Below are positions 14,010 to 26,740 of a DNA stretch of 64,000 nt, one piece after another (the first letter of the stretch is position 1; every line of letters starts with the position of its first letter). A program made the translations under genes and the position numbers. The stretch is from Podarcis vaucheri (lineage: Eukaryota), in assembly GCA_965113315.1 (NCBI GenBank), contig OZ220375.1, one strand, 5' to 3'. The notes beneath the pieces are model-generated. The model had not been told where the DNA came from, ran no database searches, and saw nothing but the letters and a program-made list of their open reading frames with translations.

Positions 14010-15149
14010 ACCTATACTCACCTATATCCAATGGACACTGGGAAACACAAGCCAGCAGGATGTTCTCCTGCACAAGCCCTACTGCAAGTGCAAACCGTCA
14101 TTAATTTAATCCCAAATATGGTTAGTGCAGGATGACGTCCTGAGATGCACTGTGCTCTTGGTGGCTTTCTTTGCATGGCCTCTGTGCAAAACTGCAGGAA
14201 AACCACAACGTGAGTCAGCTGGGAAGAATGGCAAATTGTAAAGCATGCTCATGTTTATTCAGTTGCAATTCATCCTCATTGTTTTGACGGGACACAAATT
14301 CATTTGTTATTCACGGGAATGGCACAAACGCTCCATCAGCATTCGCCGTTAGTTAATAGCCACTTAGGGTACTGATTTTCATGTAAGCTCTTCTAGCAGA
14401 CACTATGAAAGGCTTCATTTGTACATCACAGGACACTTCCTTCCCCCATCAAGAACTGGACAAGCTCTTTGAGGCACTGCATCTCTACCTGCTCACAAAG
14501 AATCATGGGTGCTTTGATTTTGTGATCACCCTTAAAAAGAAAAGCATGTACAGTATCTGGAATTTGGGTTGCCAACTTTTTTTAAGCTCCTGTGTTTTAA
14601 CAGGAACTTAATAAGCAAGAATTACCAGATGATGGGTGCTCATCTCTATACTGTTAAAAACTTTACCGGGTGATTTTTTGGAAGATCAAGTTACCATTAA
14701 ATGCACAGGAGCAGGTCTATTCATTTCCCCACCCTAATCAGTTGGCAATCTTGGGAGTTCACATTTAGGATTTTCTTTGGCCTTCTAATATATCCCAAGG
14801 CATAGGGGGGAGGGGAGACAGTGACTCAGTTTGATGGCCTACAAATAGCACAACTGCAATACAAAGCACCACCAGACCCCAATAGGCTGTGGCTCAGCAT
14901 GGTCCATCTCATCCACTCCTCTCTTATTCCAAATTTCTCAGCTCTGAGCAATAGTCCTGCTTGGGAGAGGCTTCCTTTAACTACCACATCTCCCCATTCT
15001 AGGTCTACTCACACCGGCTGTCAGCAGAGAAATACAGGCAAGCTGTCTGACAGTGACACCAGTATGAGGAAGTCACACAGTAAGTGCCTGGTTGTGGCCT
15101 AAGCTCCTAGCCCCCCATAGTTCCCTTATTGTTTATTTATTGGTAGTAC

Positions 15150-15340
15150 ATTTATATTCCACCTTTTGTCCAAAGAGCTCTAGGTGGTGCACACTCTTCG
15201 CCCATTTTATTCCCACAACCACCCTGTGAGATGGGTTAGGCTGAGTCACAGTGACTGGTCACCCAATGGGCTTCATGGCTGCGTAGGGATTTGAACCCTG
15301 GTCTTCCAAGTCCTAGTCCAGCACTCTAACTACTACATCA
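15150..15340 (-). mobile_element. Ancient MIR/CORE-like SINE; relatives near 12915-13050, 23590-23785, 37870-38020
   Basis: cattttat...cacaaccaccctgtgag...gggatttgaaccctggtct...ctaactactacatcaca pattern repeated at several loci. Confidence 0.55.
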
Positions 15341-18300
15341 CATGGGCTACATGTTATGGGGGAGTCATTAAAGCAGAAGAAGAGGGTGCAGTAGAGGCTT
15401 TTAAGAGATGTTATCTTATTTGCAGGCAGGCAAAAGCACCTTGTGGACAATTCAGAGCAGGGCTCCAGGAAGGGTATGGACTGGAAGCAGGGAAAGGGAA
15501 GGGTCTTGAAGTCTGGATAAAGATTGCTGAGGACTGCATTTGGTCCCCAGTTTTGAGGTTTTCCCACCTCTGAAGGGATGTGGGGCCATCAGTGGTTAAT
15601 AGCTACTACAACAGTGACCTGCAACACAATTTTGCCAAGGTGTGGCATGCTCCTCTTCAGGGTTCCAGCCAGCTTGCCATGTTCTTTTCCAGTATTCTCC
15701 ATTCGACCCATTCGACTGTTTCTCTCTCTGTTTTCTAGTTCCCGTTCCCCCAACAGTCAATGAGAATTCATTGCCCACTGTTATTGGGTTATTTTGGATT
15801 CCTCCCCACCTCCCATTTAAGATTTCCCCTGTAAAGCTTTTTTGTACTTCTATCAAGGTTCCCTCAACCCAAACCTATTGACATGCATGGATTGGTACTG
15901 TTCTGGCTGTGGAAGGACCAGCACTTGCCTGAGAATTCAGGAAACAGAGGAAATGGCAGCTAAACTGAACTTCCATGTTCAGAGTCAATATATCTCCAAG
16001 TACCAGGTGTTATGAGCAGAAAAACAGGGTGAGCCGTCACCTTCAGGTCCCTTCTTACAGCCATCCAGAAGCATTTCACAGTTGCTATTGGAAGCAGAAT
16101 GCTGGACTCAGTTTGATCTAGCAAGGCCATTATTCTGAAATAACCTCTCGCTGATTAGTTGAGTCTTATTGAGATGGCTTATTAAGGCAGCTTCCCATCT
16201 GTTTTTGTTGTTGCTTCCACAGCAAATTAACACCAATTTGCACAGAAAGCTATGGTGGGCGGCAGCACATTGAACGGCAAAAGGGCCGTGCACATAAGTG
16301 CCTCTCCTAAACCAGTTCCATTGCAGCTCTTTGTAAAGACGCTCAGCACCTCAATGGGAGAGTTTCCTGGCGCAGAGACTGAGAGATTGCAGAAGAAACC
16401 TCACCCACCCACTCAAAATCAATTGGGTATAGAGCACACTTGAGTGGAAGGACAGTCACAATTTCTGTTTCTTTCCAAGAGGGCTCCCAGGCCATGTGCA
16501 GCCATGAAAAGTAGAGCAGAGCATTCACCACACCAACCTCAACATCCTCCTCCCCTCCAAGGCCCAGCTCCTGCCCCTATCCTGTCAGTTCAAAACAATC
16601 CCTCCCACATGCAGACATATACAACCTGCAATTTAGCTTTCGTAGGATAGCCTTGCAAGTGTTGATTCCCAGGCAATCGCACTGCATCCTGTCCATATGT
16701 TACAGCAGCCAATTAGTATGCATGCTTGTTCTGGAAATCCATGAGATATAAAGTTTGGAGACCAGACTGAAACCTGCGGTTTAAACTGGCATTTCTGCTT
16801 GGTGATATAAAACGACAATTCAAATCCGAGACATAAAACCATCACCTTGATTTACATCAGTCTATTTACCTTGTTTTGTTTGCGCAGAATCGGGGTTAAG
16901 TTGTCAAAGGTTGGGTATACATACTTCAAGGGAACATGATAAAATTTCATTCTGCTTTCCACCAAGTTGTTTTTGTGTGTGCTACTTTTGGTTCACTCTC
17001 TTGAGGGGTATTCACACTCAGGCACACCTCTCAGAAGCTCTTTGTTTTAAGATGCTACAGCTGAAGCAAAATTTGTGCTTCCAACACCCTTTCAACACCC
17101 TGCCATATTCAAGATCAGCATGAATGTGGACAGCTTTTGGGGGTCATAAATAAAAATGCTGGTATTTTTCATATGCATATTTGAAGAGGTTGCTTTGTGC
17201 CTACCCTCCTTTCACTATTTGTTCACACCTACACACACACACCTACCCCTTCTCTTTCCAGGAGGCAAGATCTCCTTTACCTCCACTAAGACCCAGAGAG
17301 GCACAGGCATGCACTCGTGTTAGGGAAAGCAGCCCTATACTATGGAAAGCAACAATGGATTAGGGGCAGGAGAAGCAGGATCAGACAGACAGAAAGCAAG
17401 CTAAGTTTAAGGAGTAAGACTTAGATTCACTGCAAGAAGCAATCCAAGACTGGAAAAGTAGTGAGATGCAATCAAGTACGGTAGTTCTAAACAGCAGCTG
17501 TGGATCTGCTGGTTAGCAGCCTCTTCCTCCTAGTCTATGTATAATGCTTGAGCATGTATAATGCTTCCTCCTAGTATGTATAATGCTTGAGCATGTGCTG
17601 TACAATTCCTCTGTTATGCTGGCCTCTCCACCCCCACTTACTGTATCTCCCAATATCCAAAGTTAGATTTCAAGATCTTTGGGGGCAGGGGCCTATTTTC
17701 ATCGCTAGCAGGGCTGTTCAAGTAGTCTTGGTCTCTGAACCTGCCCTCACCCCCAGAACCTACTTAATGCAGTCTCACATATAAGCCAACAAAAGTCACT
17801 AGCCTACAGATATTTGAGAGCTACACTGCCTAGACACGTAATCATTGATAGCAGGGGGAAAGAAAACTTCTACAAAGCTACCTTATTATTAAGTCAGATC
17901 GTTGGTGCATCTAACAGCATTGTCTACACAGAATGGCAGTTGTTTTCTCAGACCTCAGCCCTGCTGCATAAGATCCTTCTAATTGGCGACGCTGAGGATT
18001 GAACCTGGGATTTTCTGCATGCAAAACATGTGCTCAACCACTGAACCACAGGCTCTCTCTCTCTAAAGCAGCCTTCCCCAACCTGATGCCCTCTAGATGC
18101 TTTGGACTACAACTCCCATCAGCCCCAGCCAGCTTCCCTGCCTACTGGTGTTTTGTACTCACCAGAGGCAAGCAGGCACCTCACTATTTACAAGGTAACC
18201 CTAACACAGAAACACACACTGATCCAGATAGCTTATTGGAAATTTGCCACAATAGTTTCTTAAAGGGAAAATGCTGTGTATGCTAATTCTCCCAAATACA

Positions 18301-18628
18301 CACACACCCCTACACAACTACTCCACAAATTTAAAAGCTCCTGCAACCACCCTCTCCAAACAAACTTTGGGGGTGGGGGGTAGGAATGCTATAGAGTGTG
18401 TGAATTCTATCGGAGCATCATGAATGATGAACCCTTCCCCCTTCCTGGATGACAATCAAGGTTCTCACAAATTCTTTCATCAGGTTTAGAGTGGTTTCCT
18501 TCAGTGAGTTCCCGTCAATCAGACTAAACTTTCAATCCTGGGAGTTTGCTCCTAGCACGCATACAATATCTGTGGTTTAGCATTCCCAGGCATCAGGAAA
18601 GTTTAATATTCTTTTTCTATGAAAAGAA

Positions 18629-18630
<2 letters not shown>

Positions 18631-18667
<37 letters not shown>
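18631..18667. repeat. (TG)n microsatellite
   Basis: Direct observation. Confidence 0.95.
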
Positions 18668-18669
<2 letters not shown>

Positions 18670-21212
18670 ACACGTACATACGACCACCACCCCAAACATC
18701 AATAACAATTGAGAGCTGGTGTGGTGCAGAAGCTAAAAGTCTGAGTTAGAGACCAAGAAGTTTCCAGTGTGAATCTCCCTTCTGTCATTATCGTACTACA
18801 TGACCTTCCAGTGTTTCTCAAGCATAGGTCCCTAAATATTGTTGGACTACAACTCCCACCATCCAGCTAGCTAGGGATGATGGCAGTTGTTGGCCAACAA
18901 AAGCTGGGGACCCAAGTTTGAGAAACAAGCAAAGGGATGGCCCTGTCACACAGAAGCATGAAGAGACTTGCTTCAGGTGGCTTGGTGGGGTAGGTGAGTA
19001 GAGAAAAAGGAAGGCAGAAACTGTGTCTGAACAGTGCAACAAGACTTTGTAAAATACTGCCCATGTGGGGGAGATGGGCATTTGGAGTCAACCTCCAACA
19101 GCAAAATGTTTTTGCCTGGTATTGCATGGTTACCCATGGGGATCATAAAACTGACCTACCATACAGGATTGTTGCAAGGATTCTAAACAATATAATGTAC
19201 ACGAAGTGCTTATGGCTGTGTTCACTATACATTTAAAGGCCCATGGCTCACCCCCCCAAAAAAAAAATCCTGGGAAGTGTAACTCACACCTCTCAGCAAC
19301 CAACAATTCCCAGCACCCTTAACAAATTACAGATCCCAGGATTCTTTGGGGTAAGTAATATGCAGGTGTGTATATATTTTAAAAAGTGACATGAATTGTA
19401 ATTAATTGATGCCCCAATCCCTAGCCTCGTTGCAACACACCAGCACCCACTTGAGTACAACATTCTAACCTGCAACCTCCCTCAGAGGAAACTAGTTCCT
19501 TTCCATGTGAGCCCTCATCCAGGTCCCAACCAGGAGAAGAAAGGTTTGGTAGGTAAATAAACTTACCAATTTACTTTTTTTTTTCCTAGCCCTACTCCTG
19601 GGGGTGGGTTAGGGGGTTCATAACAGTTTGAGAAAGAGAAAGGAAGTGGGTGAAGCATCTCCCACCCTGCAGTGCCAACCTAGCATTGTTCCATTTCCCC
19701 ACCTTGGGCTGCTGCTGTTGAAGACAGAGAAGCAGGTTGGGATGAAGCAGTCACCCTAGAGGACAAGAAGTTTGCTGAGCAGTAGCATACAGGAGGATAT
19801 TATGCTACACACGTTCAAACTCCCACCCACTTCTATGCCCTGATGTTGTCATCTTATCTTTCTGGCCTGGCTCCAGTGTCTTTAATGACAACTATTAACA
19901 AAGACACAATAAAGCAAGTCAATTCACACCACTCTCCTTTCCAAGCTGGGAAAAGCTTCACTGAGATTAATGTCTATGTTTCCAGTTGCTGTTCAAAGCA
20001 TACAAGCAGGGTCAAAAAACTGGATCACACATGCATGACTGCACCCAATGGCTTGGCATGGGAACGTGTGAACCAACTCTACTGAAAAGCACTGTGTTGG
20101 ATGAGATACATGGGAACATGAATCTTCTATCTGCTGTGACTCATGCATGCACATATACACAAGCCACAGTCATAAAATGAGAAAAATACATGTGTAAATG
20201 ATTCTGGGGGTAAATCAGGCAATCCTATTATCCATCACACAACAGCCACAGAAAAAAAGTTGCAACAGGCCAGAACCACCAGGAAGTGACAGTCTTCCTT
20301 ATCTCATTGCGCCCCTTGCCACCCATCAGCCATAGATCTCTCTGTTTCCCCTAGGGCCAGGAGCAGCTCAGTGGTAGGACACATACTTGGTTCAATCCTC
20401 AGTTTCTCCAGTAGAAGCATCCCATGCAGGTGGGCTGAGAAAGACCAGTGATGTGGAACTTGTGGCCCTCCAGCCATTGCTGTCTCCCAGCTCCCATAAG
20501 TCTCAACCACTAAGGCCAGTGATTATAGGAGCTGGAACCCAACAGCATCTGGAGGACCACATGCTCCCATTCGTACTGGAACATGAAATCTTGGGTGACT
20601 GCTACCAGCATAGAGAGCATTTAGATTAGATGGACCAACAGGCTGACTCTGTCCAATACAGTTTTGTACCTTGATCTGAACCATTATCAGCAAGAATGCA
20701 CAGTGTCATTTCAACACTAGTTTGCTGCCAAGCACCATCCATTGGCCACTGATCTCTACATCTTCCATAAAGCCATGAATACAATCCTTCTCCCCACCCC
20801 TCCTGTCCCGTACTTCCAGGAACTGCAGCAACCAAGCACTAGAGTAGGGATGTGGCCCTCCAATGGTTTGATGGACTCCCATTCCCATCAGCCCCAGGAA
20901 GCATGGTCAGAGGTCAGGGATAATGGGAGTTACAGTCCATAAACATTTGGAGGGCCACAGGTCCCCCAACCCTGCACTAGAGAAAGTAGAAACCTTATCA
21001 GGCATTACATCCTTAAGCCTTACACTCTTCAAAACCAGAAAAGCCCATTGGCCACAAGAATAGCAGACAAACCTGCTTCAGTTCAAGACAGCTGGGTCAC
21101 CAAGATATATCAGCCAGGGTCTCCAACAGAGATACCCAATTTTCACTTCTTGGGTTGTCCCCATTGTTTCCACTAATGCCAAAAGGAAAACAAAACTCTT
21201 GTTTGTACTCAC

Positions 21213-21776
21213 AGTTGTGAAGTTCTTCTCGCCACACTCCTGCCCCCGGAACTTGCAGTATAACAACATCTCCTTCATGTCATGGCCCACACGTCCCATG
21301 AACTCACTCATGCTGAAGACTTTGGCTCGGTGATGCTGGAAGTTGGCCTTCTCTCGCAGGATGGCCAGGACTGCTGGGTCAGCGAGATGAGGGTGAAGGA
21401 CCTGGAGGTTGACATCCAACAAGGCCAATAGGTCGCCAGCATGGTACAGGTCATTGGTAGTGAGGCGGGAGAAGCGGAACCCGTTGAGGTTGCAGATGGT
21501 AACAGCTGGGAAGACCAGGCTGTGGGCAACAACCTCATCCACTCTGGTGACATGCTGGTAGGAGAAGTAGTAGACCAGCCGCTCGGAGCTCTCCACCAGG
21601 AGGAGGCCCAGGGAAGCCACAAACACCAGAGCCCACAGGGCCCGCCGCACAGTCATAGGTCCATAGACAAAGATGTGGCGGATTCCATGGAGGGTTGAGG
21701 TGTTGGCAAAGATCTGGAGGCTGGAGGGCTGGAGGCTCCCCAGGCTTCCCTCGCTGGTGCTCTCCTTTAAATCCAT
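21213..21776 (-). CDS. ASIC2: Acid-sensing ion channel, ASIC2a-like, first coding exon (N-terminus, TM1, start of ectodomain); rest of gene outside the window to the left
   Basis: Translates MDLKESTSEGSLGSLQPSSLQIFANTSTLHGIRHIF...YQHVT...FPAVTICNLNGFRFS...CKFRGQECGEKNFTT. It has the DEG/ENaC HG motif, TM1 and FPAVTxCN motif, and ends at a phase-0 donor ACT|gtgagt at the same position as mammalian ASIC2a exon 1. An in-frame ATG 18 nt upstream (21794) could add MTNPFS. Orthologue versus paralogue is unresolved. Confidence 0.9.
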
Positions 21777-22060
21777 GGAGAAAGGATTGGTCATGAAGGT
21801 GCCACTTCCCTCCTCTGACTGCAGCCAGTTTCTCGTGCGCTCCAGCTTTCCCTCATGGGGTGAAAGAGGCAACAGAAGCAGCCAGCAAGCAGGGCAGCTG
21901 CATGTGAGTGTTTGGGTGGCAGTGGGGAAGGTGCTTGCTGCGTGCTCTCCCCAGCAGCCTGGCAGGGACAGTGTGTGTGGGGAGGGGGGGGGTAAAATGT
22001 TTATTTAAAATCCATTGCAACTCTACCGCTTGATTTCCTCGCTGCGATAAGGAGGGCTGG

Positions 22061-22126
22061 TTTTATTTAGGGAGACACCAAGGTGATGTGGAAGAGATGT
22101 GGGTGGGAAGGCAAGGAGCAGCCAAT
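22061..22126 (-). promoter_or_regulatory. Putative core promoter of the ASIC2-like gene (CCAAT box plus TATA-like element)
   Basis: CCAAT at 22122-22126 and minus-strand TAAATAAAA at 22061-22069, about 290 nt upstream of the ATG; spacing is typical of CCAAT/TATA promoters. Motif-only evidence. Confidence 0.35.
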
Positions 22127-22129
22127 GGA

Positions 22130-22299
22130 NNNNNNNNNNNNNNNNNNNNNNNNNNNNNNNNNNNNNNNNNNNNNNNNNNNNNNNNNNNNNNNNNNNNNNN
22201 NNNNNNNNNNNNNNNNNNNNNNNNNNNNNNNNNNNNNNNNNNNNNNNNNNNNNNNNNNNNNNNNNNNNNNNNNNNNNNNNNNNNNNNNNNNNNNNNNNN
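22130..22299. other. Assembly gap (170 N)
   Basis: Run of n characters. Confidence 0.99.
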
Positions 22300-22301
22300 G
22301 C

Positions 22302-22364
22302 AGTCCAAGCTGCTTGCAACCCATCCGCTAAATAAGTCCGAGCTGCTTGCAACCCATCAGCTAA
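22302..22364. repeat. 33-bp tandem repeat (about 2 visible copies) abutting the gap
   Basis: agtccaagctgcttgcaacccatccgctaaata followed by agtccgagctgcttgcaacccatcagctaa. Confidence 0.85.
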
Positions 22365-25300
22365 TGTTTTATGTGGAAAGATGCTGCTGCCTGCCTCTGG
22401 AGCCAACACACTGCAGAACAGAGCAAGGTTCTTGAAGGAGCGGGAGGACTAATACCACCACCGCCCCCACTCCCTGCTGATGATTTTCCGGGCTGCTGGA
22501 TTCCAGCATCCATCTCCTCTCTTCCCTTCTCAGGCTGCGTCCCTCACCCATGTCTTTTAGTCTGGGAGCTCCTCAGAGATGAAGCCAAGAGGACGACAGA
22601 CAAAACTCGCAGGACAAAGGGCTGAACATGACCAGGCCTTCGTGTCATAGCAGAGCATCTGGGGAAGATTTGACAGCTGTACCCCCAGTAGTTGCTGGTG
22701 CAATGAAGGAAAAACAGCCAGGGCTGAGCTCCAATGATGCCTGCCAAGAAGGATTCGCCGGAGAACGCACTGGCCGCAGCAAATAAGTTTGCCTCTTTTT
22801 TTGCCCTTTAATGTTTGCCATCTGTCTTGACAGGGTACCATCGGCTCCATGAACCACCACACTTCCCTCCTTCCTCATCTGATCCCAGGCTGACAAACTG
22901 CAGGAAAGAAGAGTTTATCATCAGGGTATGTTACAATGCCAGCCACACTGATTCTAATTTCTTATAAAGCTAATTCTATGTTACAGGGAAAAGGAGTAAG
23001 TGTCCAGAATTTAATGAAAGCTTAGCCACATTTTTGTCAGTGTCTTAAAACTCAGAGATAGACAAGTAAATGGCAACAGCGTCTTAAATGTGTTTATCAG
23101 TATACACTTGTGTGTGTTCGTGCGTGCATGTGCGGGGAGGGGGAGAAAGAGATTTACCACATTAATTAGAGACTGAGAGCATCCGTATGTGAATGCCAAT
23201 ATTTGGCAACCTTCACTGCAATATGTGTACACACACTGTTTTAGCCAAAGTTAAGCACTTTAGGGCTGCAGTCTTTGGTGCACTTACCTTCAAGTAAGTC
23301 CCGTTGAATTAATTGGTACTTCTGAGCAGAAACCGTTAGGATTTCTCTGTAAGCAGATGAACTAGGGAGCAAGTCCCACTGAATACAGTGAGGGTTAACA
23401 TCTGAGAAAACATGCATAGGATTGTGCTGTTATTCCCATTCATTTCAATGGGAGGATTAGGCACATAATTAAGAGCCTTGCCTATAGGAATGAATGAGAC
23501 GTCAAAATGCTTAGCTTTAACTGGATCGTGCTCATGAAATATTGCAAAAAAGAGAGGAATGTGCAAACGTTTACTTTTCTGTCATATTTGTACCCCGACT
23601 TAAGCCAAGGACCTCAAGTCAGCATATGTGGGGTTCTTCTATAACCACAATAATCGTGTGAGGTAGGTTTTAGGATGACAGAAGGTGACTAGCCCTAGGT
23701 CAATCCTGTGAGCTTTGTGGCTGAACAGGGATTTGAACCCAGGACTTTTCCGCTCAAAGCCTAACACTTGATTCACTACACCATGGCTGCAATCCTAACC
23801 ATGCTACTTGGAAGTAAGTCTCATTGAGGTCAATGGGACCTGTTTCTAGGTAAGTGGGGTTAGGATTGCAGCCTTGCTCCTCTATGAAAATGCAGAATAA
23901 GCACATGTGGGTGAGTGAATATATTTTAAATGAGTGTCTAGTTATGTGGACAAAAGAACAACTTCCAACCTCCACAGTCAGTGGCAGTTTAACTCATTAT
24001 TACTTATCTGCTGCAGATACTGATACCTATTTTCAACTTTCCCTCCACCCTCTCGGTTTCGCAAAACATTTATCAATTTTTACAATTCCTTGCAGAAGTA
24101 TTTTATCAAGCACCTTTCTTTTCTCTGATTTTATATCATGCACTTGAGCACGCACATACGTGCAATTTCATAGTAGCGTATAAAGGGGTCACATGAGCAG
24201 ATTTTACATGTCTTGTAGTCCACTTTTATGCATGTCAACCTGAAAATAAATTTCACTTAGGTAATGTGGCTTGTTTTTTTTTAAATTTATTTATTGAATT
24301 TATATACCGACCTATAGCCGGATGTCTCAGGGCAGTTCACAGAACGAAATCGGTTATTGGCTTAGTCCCAAGTGTGCACAGGATACCAACTTTAAATTCT
24401 GAAAAAGCACCAGCAGGACACACCATGGGGTGGGGAGGTGAAAAAATAGATTATCTGAGGAGCAGGTAGTAGGCCTTTCATGGGCTATAATGCTTACATG
24501 CATGCATACCGAAACAAAACATATTCAGGGTTGCACCAGTTGTGGAAGAAGATTCAGAGCAAGAAGCCAAAGTATGACCATTGGTATTCCCACAATTTTT
24601 ATTTTTATTTTATTGTGAGCACAGGAGGAACAAGATTTACCACCACAGCAGGTAAGTCTGTGTGTTCCAGTAGTGGCTGGCACCTGTTAGGGCTGATAGG
24701 GTGGAAGGGAGGGAGCCCAGCAGCAGGTGGCACCAGAGCAAATGACAGGCAGAACCAACTAATTCTAGCTTTGCCTCCATCCTCTTCCCTGCTGAGTTTT
24801 ACAAGATAAACGAGAGGAAGCTGGCACAACCAATGCCACCCCCTGCACTGGATATTAGTAAGAAGGCAGGCAGGTGGGTGCTGGCTGATGATGGTGGAGC
24901 AGTGCCCCATTCACCCAGATGCACCAAGTACCATTGCCAGTGTGTACCTGGTCTCCAGCAAGCAGAAGACCAGTTGAATGTTCCTCTTCCGCTCCCTCCC
25001 ACTCCCCACCACTCCATTTTGCCTGAATGGCAGCAGAAATGAATCCGCTGGCAAGAGATGCCCATGTATTCCTTTGCTACCCTAACAACTAATACTTAGA
25101 GGGCCATTAGCTTACCAAGAGGCTGGCCTGGCTATTCCAACAACTGTATCCTCCATTAGATCTTAAGTCTTGCTGGATCCAGGAATTACAACAATATTGC
25201 TTCTGCTAACAGCCTGCATAGGTGCTGCTTCTGGCCGTATTCAGTAACCCTTGCTTTCTAGGGCTCAGTTTATGCAAGAAAAGTCAAATGAAACAAAAAA

Positions 25301-25870
25301 GCAAGGGGGGCCTAGAAAATCCTGCCCCCTCCCCTTCATTGGCTAATGCATTGGGGAAGCATGGTCTTCACTTCTTCTTACACCTAACAATTGTGCCACT
25401 ATTGTTGCTTTAATTGGCAGAAATTGTTCCTAGAAAAGTAGAGGGCTTGAATTCTTGCTCGATAATATTTGGTCTTATAGTGTTTTATTTCTTTATTCAT
25501 TACTACTTGTATATATGATGTGATTATCATAATTATTATATATTATCTTTAATAAAATATTTTGTGTTAAAAATGCTTTTTCAAAAAGAACAGTGCTCAC
25601 ATAATGTTAAGGAAAATAAATGGTTACGGAGAGGCTTACTAGAAATGGAATTCACAAGCCTCAATCTCTCCAATCTTAGCCAAATCATGAAGCCTCCTGC
25701 AATCTCCACCTCCCTTAATTCAAGCATTAAGACTAGGAGCTGCAAGTCTCTAGTTCAAATCTCATCCCAACTAGGCTGCTGCTACCTCCCAGACCTGACA
25801 TCTATAACACAGAGGAAATAACCACTCTAGCCTCCTTAAAGAGATATTGCAAACTTGTGACGCTCTATAC

Positions 25871-26109
25871 CAGGGGTGTCAAACTCAAATTCATCGGGGG
25901 GCGCATCAGCAGTTTGGCGCCGCTAGAGGGCAGACGTTCTCTGGCTTGTAGGCTGCCGCGCATGCGCTGAAGAGGTGGCTTTCTTGTGTCAAAAAAAAAA
26001 AAAGCGAGAATAAAAGGTGAAGGCTGGCGGCCGGCGGTGGCTACATGGGCCACATGACGAGGTCTGATGGGCCGGATTCGGCCCGCGGGCCTTGTTTTTG
26101 ACACCCGTG
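25871..26109. mobile_element. hAT-type MITE (239 bp), CpG-rich
   Basis: Terminal inverted repeats caggggtgtcaaa / tttgacacccgtg; 8-bp target site duplication ctctatac (25863-25870, 26110-26117); subterminal gggccggat motif. Confidence 0.9.
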
Positions 26110-26684
26110 CTCTATACCTTTAAAGCACATTTGAGTACAGCACACACACTCCTCAAATAATTCTGGGCACCGTAGTTTGCGAAGGGTTGCTGGGAATTGT
26201 AACTGTAAGAGGTAAACTACAAGGACCAGATTTTTTTTTTTATTTTTTTTTTGAGGGAAATAAATGTGTATCTTTCTCATAGCAGACCTTGTGAGGATAA
26301 GCAGCTTTTGAAATTAAAATAAAAAATTAGTAATCTGGGCCCAGTGTAGGGCAGCCAAATGTAAATGAACAACAAAGGAACCAATTAATAAATATATCAG
26401 CAAACAGTAGAAACAGGCAAATATGATAGGCTAACCAATAAGATTCACCAATGATGAGAAACTGAAATCATTCAAACAATACAATACAAGTAAACAGCAA
26501 ATCCTCCGATAATTATAGGACAAGTTTTCCAGGACTAAAACGCATTTCATACTTTTTTTCAATCAACTGAAAATGCATATGAATAGCAACTGAAGACCCC
26601 TTGGTGTCTCAGTTTTCTTGCAGATTTTCTCTTCATTCAGGAGAGCACCAATATACTATAAACTTTGAAAATAGCTTCACCCAC

Positions 26685-26740
26685 TATATAATATAATATT
26701 ATATAATATATAATAATATATTATATTATTATATAATATA
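26685..26740. repeat. AT-rich low-complexity (tataa/tatta) repeat
   Basis: Direct observation. Confidence 0.85.

Noticed and set aside
1-21212. ASIC exon 2 or an alternative b-type first exon
   Set aside because: No VFTxYGKCY-like or second HG/TM1 coding segment was found by eye or in the ORF track
21078-21872. 264-aa ORF as a complete single-exon protein
   Set aside because: It starts at a non-ATG codon, and ASIC similarity stops at the gtgagt donor at 21212; the remainder is intron read-through
22023-22435. ORFs spanning the N run
   Set aside because: Artefacts of the assembly gap
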